64,000 nt of DNA from Amoebidium appalachense (taxonomy: Eukaryota > Protista > Ichthyosporea), in NCBI GenBank assembly GCA_963693365.1, contig CAVNZM010000007.1, positions 5,763,962 to 5,827,961 on the forward strand, given 5' to 3'. The notes below the pieces were generated by a model that worked only from the letters and a program-made list of their open reading frames with translations, was not told the origin of the DNA and did no database searches. Below are positions 14,810-38,552 of the stretch, in pieces. The position numbers and the translations under genes are program-made. Position 1 is the first letter of the stretch. The number at the start of each line of letters is the position of its first letter.

Positions 14810-15024
14810 CCGCACGCATGCGTGTGGCATGGGGGGAGGCGCCCGGGGGGAGAGAGGGGGAGGGGGGAGGGGGAGGGTCGGCATGTGCTGGTACACAGTA
14901 CAAAGTACAAACCCAAAACGGCTGACGTAAGGCGGCCATTCAACACAAAGGGAAAGCTCAATCTTGTGGTGAGTGGTGCTGATGGGTGGGACGGACGGGG
15001 TGGATGGGTGGGTGGGTGGGGAGT

Positions 15025-15059
<35 letters not shown>

Positions 15060-15168
15060 CACAAAGTACGAAGACGAACTCCCAATCAACGTACTGCAGA
15101 TGTGCAACAGAGACATCCAAACAAGGAGCGCACAACATATGTAGATTCCATTGATTCCGGGGGAGGGT

Positions 15169-15215
<47 letters not shown>

Positions 15216-15399
15216 GCTAGGTCGTCCACAGGGCCGGTGCTTCTTTAGCAAAGGCCCACCTCGGGTTGAAGAAAATGAGAGGAAAAGAATGGGATGATGG
15301 AGAGAAGGACAGTGAAACAGACAGACAGACAGACAGACAGGGACAGAAAGAGACAGAGAGAGAGAGAGGGAGAGGGAGAGAGAGAGGGGGGGGGGAGGG

Positions 15400-15432
<33 letters not shown>

Positions 15433-15511
15433 CGAGAGAGAGAGAGAGGGAGAGGAGGGTGAATGAGGGGAGAGAGAGAGAGAGAGAAAGAGAGAGGGAG
15501 AGGGAGAGGGG

Positions 15512-15569
<58 letters not shown>

Positions 15570-15670
15570 GTGTGTCTCTGTGTGAGCATGCGTGTGTTGG
15601 CATATGTCACGTGCGGACGTGGGGGGAAGGTGTGGGGGGAAGGCGGTAGGAGAAAGGAGGAGATAGCAAG

Positions 15671-15714
<44 letters not shown>

Positions 15715-16387
15715 CGTGTGCACATGCGCGTGCATGTACATGTGCATGTGTGCTCGTATGTACGTGCGTGCATGTGTACACATGTCTGCATGCCTGTGCA
15801 TGTGCATGAGCATTTGGATGTGTGCATGTGCATGTACACGCGTGTGTGAGCATTTACATGTGTGTGCGTGCATGTGCATGTGCATGTGTGAGTGTGTACG
15901 TGCTTACCGTCCAGTGTCAGACCGTTGTACTCCCTGTAAGCCTGGAATGCCCTCTCAGGGTAGGCAAACACCACCTCGGCAGTGCCCAGAGACTGCCCCC
16001 GTGCACTGTACTGCACCGCCACACGAACCAACGGCCCAAGCGTCCCAAACAGCTCCTGCATAAGCGAAGGGTGGGTGGGTGGGGGGGGGGGGGGGGGGGG
16101 GTGGAAGGGGAGTGGGGAGAGCGGGGAGGGGTGGAGGGAGAGGGGGGGAGGGGGGATGGGGAGGGGAAGGAGAAGTTAGAATGAGTAATCGAAGTCAACG
16201 GACAATACAATGCAGAATGCAAACCACAAAAAGAGTATGCATGGGGGGGGGAGAGGGGGGGGTGGGGGGGGGGGGATAGAATGTGGTACACAGTATGTTT
16301 GGAAACACATATACGACAGACAACACAGTGCCAATGCACAATTCGCACATCACACACAAAGAGCATGCATTAGCAGAGCCCATCGTT

Positions 16388-16420
<33 letters not shown>

Positions 16421-16552
16421 ATCGAGAGCGAAGATGGGTGTTTTAGTGGAGGGATAGTAACTGCTTGCACGCCTGTGTGACGTGGGTGTGTGTGTGGAGA
16501 CTGAAAGGGGGAAACGGGAAAGGGGCTAGAAGACGACTAAGCAGGAAGGGGT

Positions 16553-16631
<79 letters not shown>

Positions 16632-17028
16632 TGTGGGTGTGTAGGTGGGGGAAGGACGAGGTGTTGAGCTGGATTGACTAGAAAGGAGAGCAGGTGGAAA
16701 AGAAAGGGCATGGGACGTGGGGGCAGGAGATGGGGTGGATTGAAATTTGGGTGGAGGGGGCTGAATAACAAAAAAATTTGCAAGTTGAGTGATAGAAGAG
16801 GAAAAGAGGAGGACTGGGGTGAAAAATTAGAGGGGTGGAGTAGAGGGTGTGTGTGTGTGGGGGGGGGGGGGGGGGAGGGGAGGGGGGGGGGGGGAGGGAG
16901 GAGGGAGAAAGGGAGGTAAAAGGAGAGGAAGAAAGAGGAAAGATGGTGAAACTGAATAAGTAGCGGGGGGGGGGGGGGGGGAGAGGGGGAGAGAGAGAGA
17001 GAGGGGAGGGGGGAGGGAGGGAGGGAGG

Positions 17029-17061
<33 letters not shown>

Positions 17062-18395
17062 GGGAGTAGCAAGAGGGGAAGAAAAAGAGAGAGAGAAAGA
17101 GGGAGAGAGAGGGGAAGGCAGGGGGAAGAGAGTGAGAGAGGGAGTGGGAGAGGGGGGGAGGGGGGGAGAGAGAGTGAGAGAGAGGGGGGGGGGGGGGAGA
17201 GAGGGAGAGAGAGGGAGAGGGGGAGAGAGACACTTTGTCCAAGGAAAGCGTGTGTGGTGCGTGATTACATGGTCTGATTACATGGTCTAGTGTTGCAAGG
17301 TTAAAAGGGGACGGTTGCCAAAAGCCAAAACACCCCGGCTATGAAAAAATGGAGAACGATAGGCAATTGCGGGGCTGGTGGCTTTTACGTGCTATTGTAG
17401 GTCTATGTGTGTCTGTTGGAGGCAAATTGGGAAACAAAAGCAACAGTGGAGTAGGAGTGTGGAGCGGACTAACTTGCAGGCTTATCATGGCTGAGAATTC
17501 AAGAGACAAGAACACACACACCACAGGTGTCTGCTGTTGCAACCACCAAGCAGAGCTTTGGAGCAAGAGCTTCGAGGGCAACCAAGAAAGTAGCCATGGA
17601 AGAGGCAAGCAATAAACAAGAGACATGCAAGAGAGAGAACCCACCCTCAAATCTGCGTCATCCACACGAGGGTGAAGGTTTGCAATCAGGAGCTTCGTTG
17701 CAGTGTTCCCCTGCCGTGGGGCGGCGAATCCATTACCTACAGGGCCAGGAGGGGCCGCGTATGAACTGTTGTAATGCGTGGCTGGGGCTCTCGCTGTTGT
17801 CTGTGTGTTTGGAAACATGGAATCAAAAAAAAGCTCATGTTTATGTCGTGGGAGTAAGCCAACATCTGAAGCAGGGGCGGTGTGGAAGGTGTTCGTGGTC
17901 ATGCTTGCTAGGAACGATGTACTGAAAAAAGGAAGAGGGTGAGCACAAGTTCAAGGCTAAATTGAATGCAAAGCCGGAAAGACATGTCAAAGTTGACTCT
18001 CGATCTATACCTATGCCCCTGAGCTATAGAGGAGAAGCTAATTGGTCGTTTTTCTCGCAACATGGACTGTTCGGTCAACGTCAAGCACACTCCCTTCCCG
18101 GGGATATAGACTGACAACACCGTCGCATACAGAGAGATTCGCAAAGAGTCATTCTCATGTTCCCGATTGGACGTGGTAATCCGACCCCTTATACCTGATA
18201 CGGTGCAGCCCTGTTTCCCTGAGCATACCCCTGACCACCTCGCATGGCCCCCCCGCCCCTCCCTCCACGGAACCCCTGGCCCCCTCGCGAGCTCCCGCCT
18301 CGGTCACTCCCCCCGCGGCCCCTCCCTCGGCCCCGGCGAAGGGATGGGTCCTTAGCTACAAGGTCATCTAGGGCAATGTCGAGCTTTTCAGTCAT
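12162..18395 (-). CDS. ALYREF: ALY/REF (THO complex subunit 4, Yra1-like) mRNA export adaptor, 7 exons
   Basis: N-terminal REF box MTEKLDIALDDLV followed by an RGG-rich stretch (18395-~18194). RRM exons read KLLIANLHPRVDDADLR / ELFGTLGPL..AVQYSARGQSLGTAEVVF..A..YNGLTLDG / RPMKLNLV. A second RGG exon lies at ~13493-13589. The C-terminal REF box PKTQEDLDKELESFM is at ~12980-13045, and the last exon GPASEGDN* is at 12191-12162. Confidence 0.93.
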
Positions 18396-18909
18396 GTTTG
18401 CGGTGTAGAAAACCTATGAGAGAATTCTTGAATCCGAACAAGGAAGGGAAGGAAGGAAGAAAAAAGAACCGAAAAAGTTTGGCCGAAGCACTTGCATCGC
18501 GATGGGATATTTTTGGCGCGCAGTGAATGATCCAGGGATACTCCAGCTCATGATTTATAGCTATTGGAGCGTGTTGTTTAGCTTTTTAAATGAGTAAAAT
18601 ATAGTTTTTAGGTTTCTCTTTGCTTATACATCGAATGAACGTAAGCTTTAAAATTCTCTAAGGGGATATCCTCTGCAGTTATGTCACGTTTATCACTCGG
18701 TGTTCGCGAAAGGCTCGGCGACACAAAGGCTTGCATGGCAACTGCAAAGCTCAGGTGCACAAGATTTATCAATCAGCTCTGGTTTGTGGTCTTAATCAGC
18801 ATTTGAAAACCCATTTTACAAAGATGCAAGGTTTCCCACAGCTATTTTCGGAACAAGACGCTTCTTACTAAGGAGCTGCAGGCAGAGCACATTCTTCGGC
18901 CGAGCGAGA
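18396..18909. promoter_or_regulatory. Probable bidirectional promoter between ALYREF and the KHDC4-like gene
   Basis: 514-bp microsatellite-free spacer between two divergent start codons; contains an E2F-like TTTTGGCGCG at ~18511-18520. Confidence 0.6.
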
Positions 18910-30816
<11,907 letters not shown>

Positions 30817-32628
30817 CATCCACATGTTGCCCCCTTCCCCCCCCCCCTCCCACCAAAAAAAAAAAATGCACATCCCCACCCCCAGTCCCACCTCGCCCTC
30901 TACCTTCCTCGGCTCCCCCGTTTGCCACCTTCCCCTTTCTCAACTCTATTGGGCATCTCAGTTTGTTCACTGCCAACATGTCATCTCCAGGATCTTGTTG
31001 GTGCTTCGTTTTTATAGTTGACACTCGATAATATTAATATTTTGCAGAACTTTGTTCGTGGGGCACGTGTTTCAGTGCTGTTTATAGAAGTCCTGTAGTT
31101 GACTCATCATTTTTAACTTTGGTGAACACGATGTTGGTGCCTGTGGCGCTGTCTGTTGGGAGCGGGCGGGTCATGCCTGTTGTACAACTTCTAACTGCCC
31201 TGTCTTCGTTTAGTCAGTATCAAGGGTTCACGTCATAGTTAACTATCACAGCCTTCCCACTTTCTGACAACGTATTCGTATAATCCAGAAAAGTTTCTGG
31301 TGTTGGCTGGGTCTGTACTGTACCTGCCCATGCATACATTCCCGGTTAGCATTCAGCCAGACTTCCTTTCTGATTAGTTGGTCGACTTCAAGGTGTGTGT
31401 GTGCTGCTGCAGGATTTATTTAGGTTGCCCCTACATCATAGCGATGATAATGCTTGTCCCAGTGTGTCTGTGGCACACTTACCTTTCACCTTTTCAGTGA
31501 TGATACAAAGACAGTTACTGTATTTATTGCTGTGCGCTATTGATGTATCCCCTCAGGAGCACGAAGTCGAATCTCTAACTAATGTTCATGCCATGCTTGT
31601 TCCTAATCATGAATATGTGTGCTTTTGGGAGTCCTTGGTTCACGCATGTTTTTCTTGTTCAGCACTGAATTCGTTGAGGTGGTGATGAATTGCAGTCGTA
31701 CGCCTGTCGACACGTCTGTTGCATTCTGAACCCTTTTTATGTGTCACTTGCTTTCCACGCCGGCCGTATGCCAGCTACCAAAAACACTTCATGTTCTCAT
31801 AGCAAGGCTTTTGCGGAAAGCAAACGCGTGATTGAGAAGCCCATAGAAACACCACTAGTACTATTTGAAGCATGTGTCAGCGTCGACGGTCCAATAACGG
31901 TAATCTCGCCAAAAGAGTGCTGGCAAAGGCGTGATCATCACAGTGTGGCTGGTGCTGCCAGGCCTGGCCATGTACTGGGACACAACCGCGGGGAAAGCCA
32001 GTCACGCTGTCGCTCGATCCACCCCTGCTCAACGATTTATGGTCGGCACACCGTGAGAAGTCTGTGCGTACACCGGTTTAGGGTTGCACACGCAAGCGTG
32101 GTAGCCTATTCGAAGGCATGCAATATTTGTGATGACTTGAGAGAAACGATGGCAGGGAGGATCGACGCGTCAAAAGTGCGTGCAGTGTCTGGCAGGCGCT
32201 GCACATAACTTATGACCATCACAGTGAATTCAAGTACAACTTAGTGACTTGAAGTGGATGCTTTGTCACAGGGTGAGTTGTTGGCCGATCGATGTCACAG
32301 TGTAGATGTGTGTCCTGTGGTGTGTGCCACTCCGCGGAGAGGCCCACTGAGGCACGCGGGGTACAAACGGAACCAGGCCAGCCAAAATGCTGTTACCCGT
32401 TCAGATACACTGCAGCTTTTTGGGGCCGGTAGGCTCCTTTCTGCTCCACGAGATCAAATAGGAGTAGGGTTCGAAAGATCCGGACGTGGAGGGGGGAGGT
32501 GAGGCTCGAAGCCGGGGTAGCTGCGAATATATGCGATTTGATTGGCTAATCGGAGGAGGGTAAACGATAAAAACGCTTTTGCCCAATCGCTGACACGGAT
32601 TCTGAAGAGCAAATAAGTGGGTGTTTAT

Positions 32629-32645
32629 GGACCACTTTGGATCTA
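32629..32645 (+). repeat. Left terminal inverted repeat GGACCACTTTGGATCTA
   Basis: Exact reverse complement of 36240-36256. Confidence 0.92.
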
Positions 32646-32939
32646 CTATCCCAAAATCGATCAATTTTTTACTTCGCTCAAACTCCCGAGGTTGGCAGCC
32701 ATAGGGCCTGCAATCAGACGGTCCCCAGCACTAGCCCCACGCAAACGTTTCGTGTGCAGCTACATAAAGCCTTCACGTTCGCTTCGACTCCCACACGCTG
32801 TCATACTGTAGCTGTGAAGCATAAACTTGCGAAATTTTTGTCTCTTTAACTGTAGTTTTATGTTTAAGTTTTTCAAAAAAAAATTGGGCTGATCTTTGAG
32901 TGAATCACACACCCACTTTCACAACACTCGCAATACACC

Positions 32940-33543
32940 ATGGGTGTCGAAGGTTTACTGCCTGCTTTGGGCGTTTCAGAACAGAAACGCGCCTGCTTTC
33001 TTCCCAACTCACTCTCTGGTCATAGAATAGGCATTGACGTGTCAACCGTTATATACAACGTGATCGCTCAGTCCACCTTTTCCCAACACGTAGCAAAATA
33101 CAACCACGACAACGTTCAATACACCATGGGTGTCGAAGGTTTACTGCCTGCTTTGGGCGTTTCAGAACAGAAACGCGCCTGCTTTCTTCCCAACTCACTC
33201 TCTGGTCATAGAATAGGCATTTGACGTGTCAACCGTTATATACAACGTGATCGCTCAGTCCACCTTTTCCCAACACGTAGCAAAATACAACCACGACAAC
33301 ATTAACATGCCATCCAAAAAAATGAGCAAACATCACAAACTCCATTCTGGAAAAGATTAGTTCATAGAGCTCAACTGTATTCCGGTGTGTGTTTTTGATG
33401 GAGAACCGGCACCCAGTAAAGAGCACACGAGGGCTGAAAGAATTACTAACAAGAAGAATGCATACAACGCCGGAGAGTATGCTAAGGCTGTCAGCCCCCC
33501 CTCCGGCCTGGTACGCCTGGTTATGGACACACTGCGGGCAAAC
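32940..33543 (+). pseudogene. Disrupted XPG/FEN1/Exo1-family 5' nuclease (N-terminal region) inside the transposon
   Basis: XPG-N signature motifs in the right order: MGVEGLLPAL, GHRIGIDVS..IY, CIPVCVFDGEPAPSKEHTRAER and AKAVSPP..LVRLVMDTLRAN. It is disrupted by a 183-bp tandem duplication, a +1 T and an in-frame TAG (~33358), and breaks off into (CA)n at 33543. No XPG-I motif (APxEAD/EAE) is found downstream. Confidence 0.75.
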
Positions 33544-33572
33544 ACACACACACACACAGACACACAGACACA

Positions 33573-33651
<79 letters not shown>

Positions 33652-33978
33652 ACACACAGACACACACACACACAGACACACACACACACACAGACACACA
33701 CACACACCACACAAACGCACACACACACACATACTTATATGAGCTCAGGCTTAAATCATTCTCTTACCCATTTACAAGACATCCCCTTCCTTCCTTCCCC
33801 AGTCTGTCCCACTGCCCCCCCGCCCCCATCCCATCCCCCATGATGCCCCCTCCCCCCCCCCCCTCCCCCCCCTCCCCTCCGAAATATTGATCCCCCTCTC
33901 TCTCTCCCCCCCCCCCCCCTCCCCACTTCACCGAAGGCTAACAGCACGGCATAGCCCATGCTCTCCCCCTCCCCCGGG

Positions 33979-34071
<93 letters not shown>

Positions 34072-34298
34072 TATCTGTTCACTGAATCTTGTTTCTCAGA
34101 CCCTTTCTCTTCCATCCCTCCTCCCCCCCCTCCCCCCCCCACACCCCCTCCCCCCTCCCACACACCCATCCACCATGCAAAGAGGAAAAAGAAAGATTGA
34201 GTGGCAGGGGTGACCGAAGGGTAGGGGGAGGGGGGGGGGGGGGGGGGGGGGGAGCAACTGCATTTAATGAACCTCGAACCCATGCCAATACGTGCTCT

Positions 34299-35972
34299 TT
34301 ATTTTTTTGCCTCCTCCACCACCAGCGGCCGCTGGAAATTGGTGAGGAAGGCACAGACCAAGAACACAGAGTGAGCAATTTTAAATTGCGTCACGGGGGA
34401 TGGGGGCATTTAGCCACTTATAGCTCTTGATTCTAGCTATTGCCCTTTCTACGTGAATGTGGAGGGAGGCAATACTGCGGCCTTCAGCTGCCTGCTTCCC
34501 CGTAAATTGCCTAATACCATCTCTCTTGAAGGGGGCTGGAAACAGTGGAGGCCTGCCATTTCACACTGTTCCCTAATATGCACACCTTTATCTATCATTA
34601 TGCCCATGCCCTTAGGTACCTTAGCAATAACACGCGCATTCTGGCACATTATCTTATCGGATGCACCACCCCCATTGGCACCCTCCACTAAGCCCACACG
34701 CAGTGAGGGCAAAACTCCCACAAGCCACTTTAAGGTATGCCGTTGCTTATAATCACTCCACATGAGAGACGCGAGGTGTGCGTCTGAAGAGATCTCACCA
34801 ATGATCTCTGTAGCATCTAGAATGATACCGGTTTCCCTATACTGGGGACTGTCCTTAAAGAGCTTGTGTGCATCTGCTTCTAATTCTTCCTTCGAAGGAA
34901 GGTCAGGAAACAAGAACTGCACCACCCCAACCAAAAACATAACCCGTGCACGAAGTATGGTGCTTACTGTTGCTTCACTTACACCGAACAGGTAGCCCAT
35001 GTGCTCCTGTGGGAATCCCTGCCTCATATACACCAGCGTAAGCAGAATCTCGTTGTCCCAACTGAGTTTTCGAGCTGGACCGTTGTGTGCCTTTGGCTTC
35101 CCCTCCATGTTCAGGTTTGCCCCGCCCACCAGCTCGCATATTTCCAAAAACAACGACAAAACGGTCCAGTTGGGAAACCCCGTGTACGTGCTTACTAACT
35201 TATCGTTGTCCTTGATCATGTCTATGGACATGCGCGTGATCTTTTCCTTCTTTATCGAAAGTAGCTCGTTCTGTAGTTCCAGGTTTTCTTTCAAACTAGC
35301 TGTCGTTTCTTTCGCACACTTTTCCGCCTCTGCTTTCATTTGGTCCACTTTGCATAACGCCATACTTAGCTGCGCAGCCAAACCCTTATTCCCTGCGAGC
35401 ACACTCTTTGCCCACACATCTGCTGCAGACAGCTTTTCGTCCCTTTCCTCGATTTGTTTGTCCTTCTCGGCTAGTTCCGCCTCTAGCCTGCGCAACTCGG
35501 CGTTTTTCTCGTCCAACATAGCCTGGAGTTGTTCGATTGTGCACGGGGGGGGCGGTTCCTGTTCCTCCTGTGCGTTTTGGATCTCATCTCTCGCTCGTTT
35601 TGCAGCTCTCTCTCTGCGCTCTGTGTCTAGTTTCCTTTTACGCTCAGCCTCATCCTTGTTATACCCGGGTATTTCGACACCCTCAGGCACCGCTAGGCGT
35701 CCGTTGCTTACATCATCCGACCACGCTCGCGGAAGGGCCTTGGGTTTTAGAGGTTTGTTTTCACGGTCACCATTCTCAAACTGGTCATCATCAAAGTGGT
35801 CGCGGCAAAGCCGCAGGTTTTTACTGTTTTTCTTTAATTCGACCCATTCTTCAGTGCGTCCCACCCTAAGAAAAACCTCAGTTGCATACTCAGGACCCTT
35901 TATTTGTACAAACTTAGGAACACCGTTTTTCTGTTTTTTGGAACAGAGAGCGTGGTTACACTTCTGGACCAT
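34299..35972 (-). CDS. THAP-domain + HTH + DDE (DDE_Tnp_4, ISL2EU-type) transposase with two apparent frameshifts near the C-terminus
   Basis: THAP C2CH motif MVQKCNHALC...LCRDHF...LKPKALP, then a coiled coil, YTGFP, and HTH LSWDNEILLTLVYMRQG..LFGVSEATVS. Catalytic region reads IILDATEI, WSDYKQRHTLKWLVG, GGASD and IMIDKG. The third acidic motif (IASLHIHVERAIARIK) and the tail (VCAFLTNFQRPL) continue in shifted frames after G5 runs at ~34531 and ~34395. Confidence 0.92.
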
Positions 35973-36154
35973 TTTTTGCGCTACTGTGCAGGCCCACATA
36001 GGGCCGTTAGCCGGCAGCACATCCTGCACCTAAGCAAAAATGTGCGTGAGCTAACAAACAATTGTTGTATGTAGTAAACTTTTTTTGCGAAAACCCTCTT
36101 TTTTCCCTTCTAAGGGTTGGTGGGAAAGTGGTACGTTGCTGCACGTGTTACGCG

Positions 36155-36178
36155 TTGGCGGGGAAAGTTTCCCGCCAA
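36155..36178. promoter_or_regulatory. Inverted pair of E2F-type sites TTGGCGGGGAAA-G-TTTCCCGCCAA upstream of the transposase
   Basis: TTTCCCGCCAA matches the canonical E2F consensus (TTTSSCGC). The near-perfect palindrome lies ~190 bp upstream of the transposase ATG and inside the right TIR. Confidence 0.5.
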
Positions 36179-36239
36179 AACCCATGGGGCGGGCTAGGCC
36201 CTATGGGTCATGAGCCACATTCCACAAATCGGCCTATTA

Positions 36240-36256
36240 TAGATCCAAAGTGGTCC
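36240..36256 (-). repeat. Right terminal inverted repeat TAGATCCAAAGTGGTCC
   Basis: Exact reverse complement of 32629-32645. Confidence 0.92.
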
Positions 36257-36440
36257 GCCCCAATAACGAACGGAGAACGGATATTGTTGAGTCATTTGCC
36301 CACATAATATGGGTTCCCGCAAGGTTGGTTCTGGTGGTGGAATGAGGACCTGGCAGGTCGTTCTGCTCCTGTTTGCTGTCGCCCTGGGTGCACAGGTGTG
36401 TATATGCCCCCCCCCCCCCCCCCCCCCCCCCCCGTGGCCG

Positions 36441-36482
<42 letters not shown>

Positions 36483-37598
36483 AGGCTCCCCCCCTTCCCC
36501 CCCCCCCCCGCCCCCACCCCACCCCTCTCTTCCTGTCCCAAACGCCCAAAGACTTTCCCCGCACACGTACCTCCTAGTTTCTCGCGACATGAACCGTGAC
36601 ACATACACACACACAAACACACACACACATACACACACACACACACACACGTCACACACACACACACACAGACACACACACATGTGCACACTGTGATACA
36701 CACAGAAACACACACACGCACACACGTGTACACACATGAGCACATGCACACACACATTACGTGGATCACAAACACACACACTCTTCAACATTAATATTCG
36801 TTTTCTCATAATAACAGTTTTGGATTGCCCTGCGCGAGGGGCATGAGCCACTGGCCCCATCTAGCAGACGGGAGCCCCGCATTCGCCTGCCAGTATCTTA
36901 TTATCCAAGAGTCTGAGTCAACTTATGAATAAAGATCAGGTTATCATATGCATAGCTGCATCGTGCCCCTTCATCATGCAGCCATCTACTTGAAAGCGAT
37001 ATGGAAGGCAAAGTTTTCCCGCCAAAACCGTATCACGTGAGCCAGAGCTCATTGGATGGTCGCTAGGCTATTGCTTCCAAAGCATGCGGTATTTGATTGG
37101 CACATTCAACAGATGGAAGCAATAAGCTGTGCACTGGTCACCTTGGTTCTCACGTGCACCGTGTACCGCGCTCTCATGCAGGCGTCATTCGAAGCTCTAT
37201 GAGATTATGAAATGCTACGTTATTTTTCTATTCACAAACTTATGAGGTTATATATACTTTTTAGCCCCCAAAGTATGTTTCCTACAATAATAGAATTGTC
37301 TCTTAGTCAAGTATCTACCGTAAGAATCAACAAAACCAAGGCTTGAATTCCGAATCCTATTCCGAAATCCGAATCAGGGACCCGAAGTATTGGATAAACG
37401 CCATTCGTTCAATATCACGCACAGTAGTCACCGGTAATATTCCAGTATTGATGAGCCAACGTTGACAACAGCACCGGTGGACAGCCAACAAGCCCAGTTC
37501 GTCCATTCTCTGTTCTAGCCAACTCCAACCTATTCCAGGAACCGTTTTACACTTGTGTTATAGAGTTAAGGAGTGACGGGTTTCCTCAGCAAGAGAGA

Positions 37599-38511
37599 AT
37601 GTTGACAGCTGCAGCCTCTGCCCGCCGCAGCTTTGCGGCCGGGAGCGTCGTAGCCAGCGTCGTAAGGCGCTCAATGAGCTTCCAGGCACCCATCCGTGAT
37701 ATGAGGTTCCTCATGGATGAGGTCTTTGACTTCCATACACACTACAAGGTGTGAAGCCTATCCTAAAGACGTCTTCCACACTCTGGTAGCTCCGCTAATG
37801 AAAGCACTGCAAGCTTTGGCTTACGTTCTTGTTGCAGGAAAGTTGTTTTCGGGTATACACGGAGACTATTTCTCCCCAATTCTAAATCGAACAACCCCCC
37901 AGCTAGACTTTTCTTGCACAACCAACATTATTTCTTTCTGGCCTTTCCATCTGACACTAACCCACTTTTTCCCGTTTTTTGCAGTCCATCCCGGGAGGTG
38001 AAAACGCCACACCAGACATGGTCAACATGGTGTTGACCGAAACAGGCAAGTTCAGTGAGCAGGTTCTTGCTCCCATGATGAGCACAGCAGATACGGAGGG
38101 GTGCACATGGGTCGACCAGCACACCGTCAAGACGCCTAAGGGTTTCAAGGAGGCGTATGACCAGTATGTGGAGGGCGGTTGGCAGGGGCTTTCTTTCCCC
38201 GAGAAATACGGTGGTCAGGGGCTCCCCCAGTCGATGGGCATCTTCAAGAGCGAGCTGATAGCTACAAGCAACTTCACGTGGGGCATGTTCCCGGGTCTCT
38301 CCAAGGGCTGCATTAATGTAAGTGGTGATTTGACGACTATCAGGGTTAATTCGGTTTACACTGCACCTTCCCCCCCCCCCCCCCCCTCCCCCCCCCTCCT
38401 TGCCCAGCACTGTTCTATCGCCTCCGCTGCCGACATGACGCTTCTTCTTTCGTGTCAGAACTGGGGTCGCTCTCTATATCACCCTTGCAAATCCATGGAC
38501 GTAGAATCTCA

Positions 38512-38552
<41 letters not shown>

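Larger units (their letters stand above)
32629..36256. mobile_element. ISL2EU-like (PIF/Harbinger-related) DNA transposon, 3628 bp, two convergent ORFs, internally degraded
   Basis: Perfect 17-bp TIRs GGACCACTTTGGATCTA (32629-32645) and TAGATCCAAAGTGGTCC (36240-36256) enclose a THAP-HTH-DDE transposase and an XPG-family nuclease fragment. No target-site duplication is visible (flanks ..TTTAT | GCCCC..). Confidence 0.88.

Noticed and set aside
31395-32502. ORFs of 82-172 aa between KHDC4 and the transposon
   Set aside because: Non-ATG starts, no motifs and no consistent splice structure.
34999-36033. 344-aa plus-strand ORF
   Set aside because: Antisense shadow of the transposase with no recognisable motifs.
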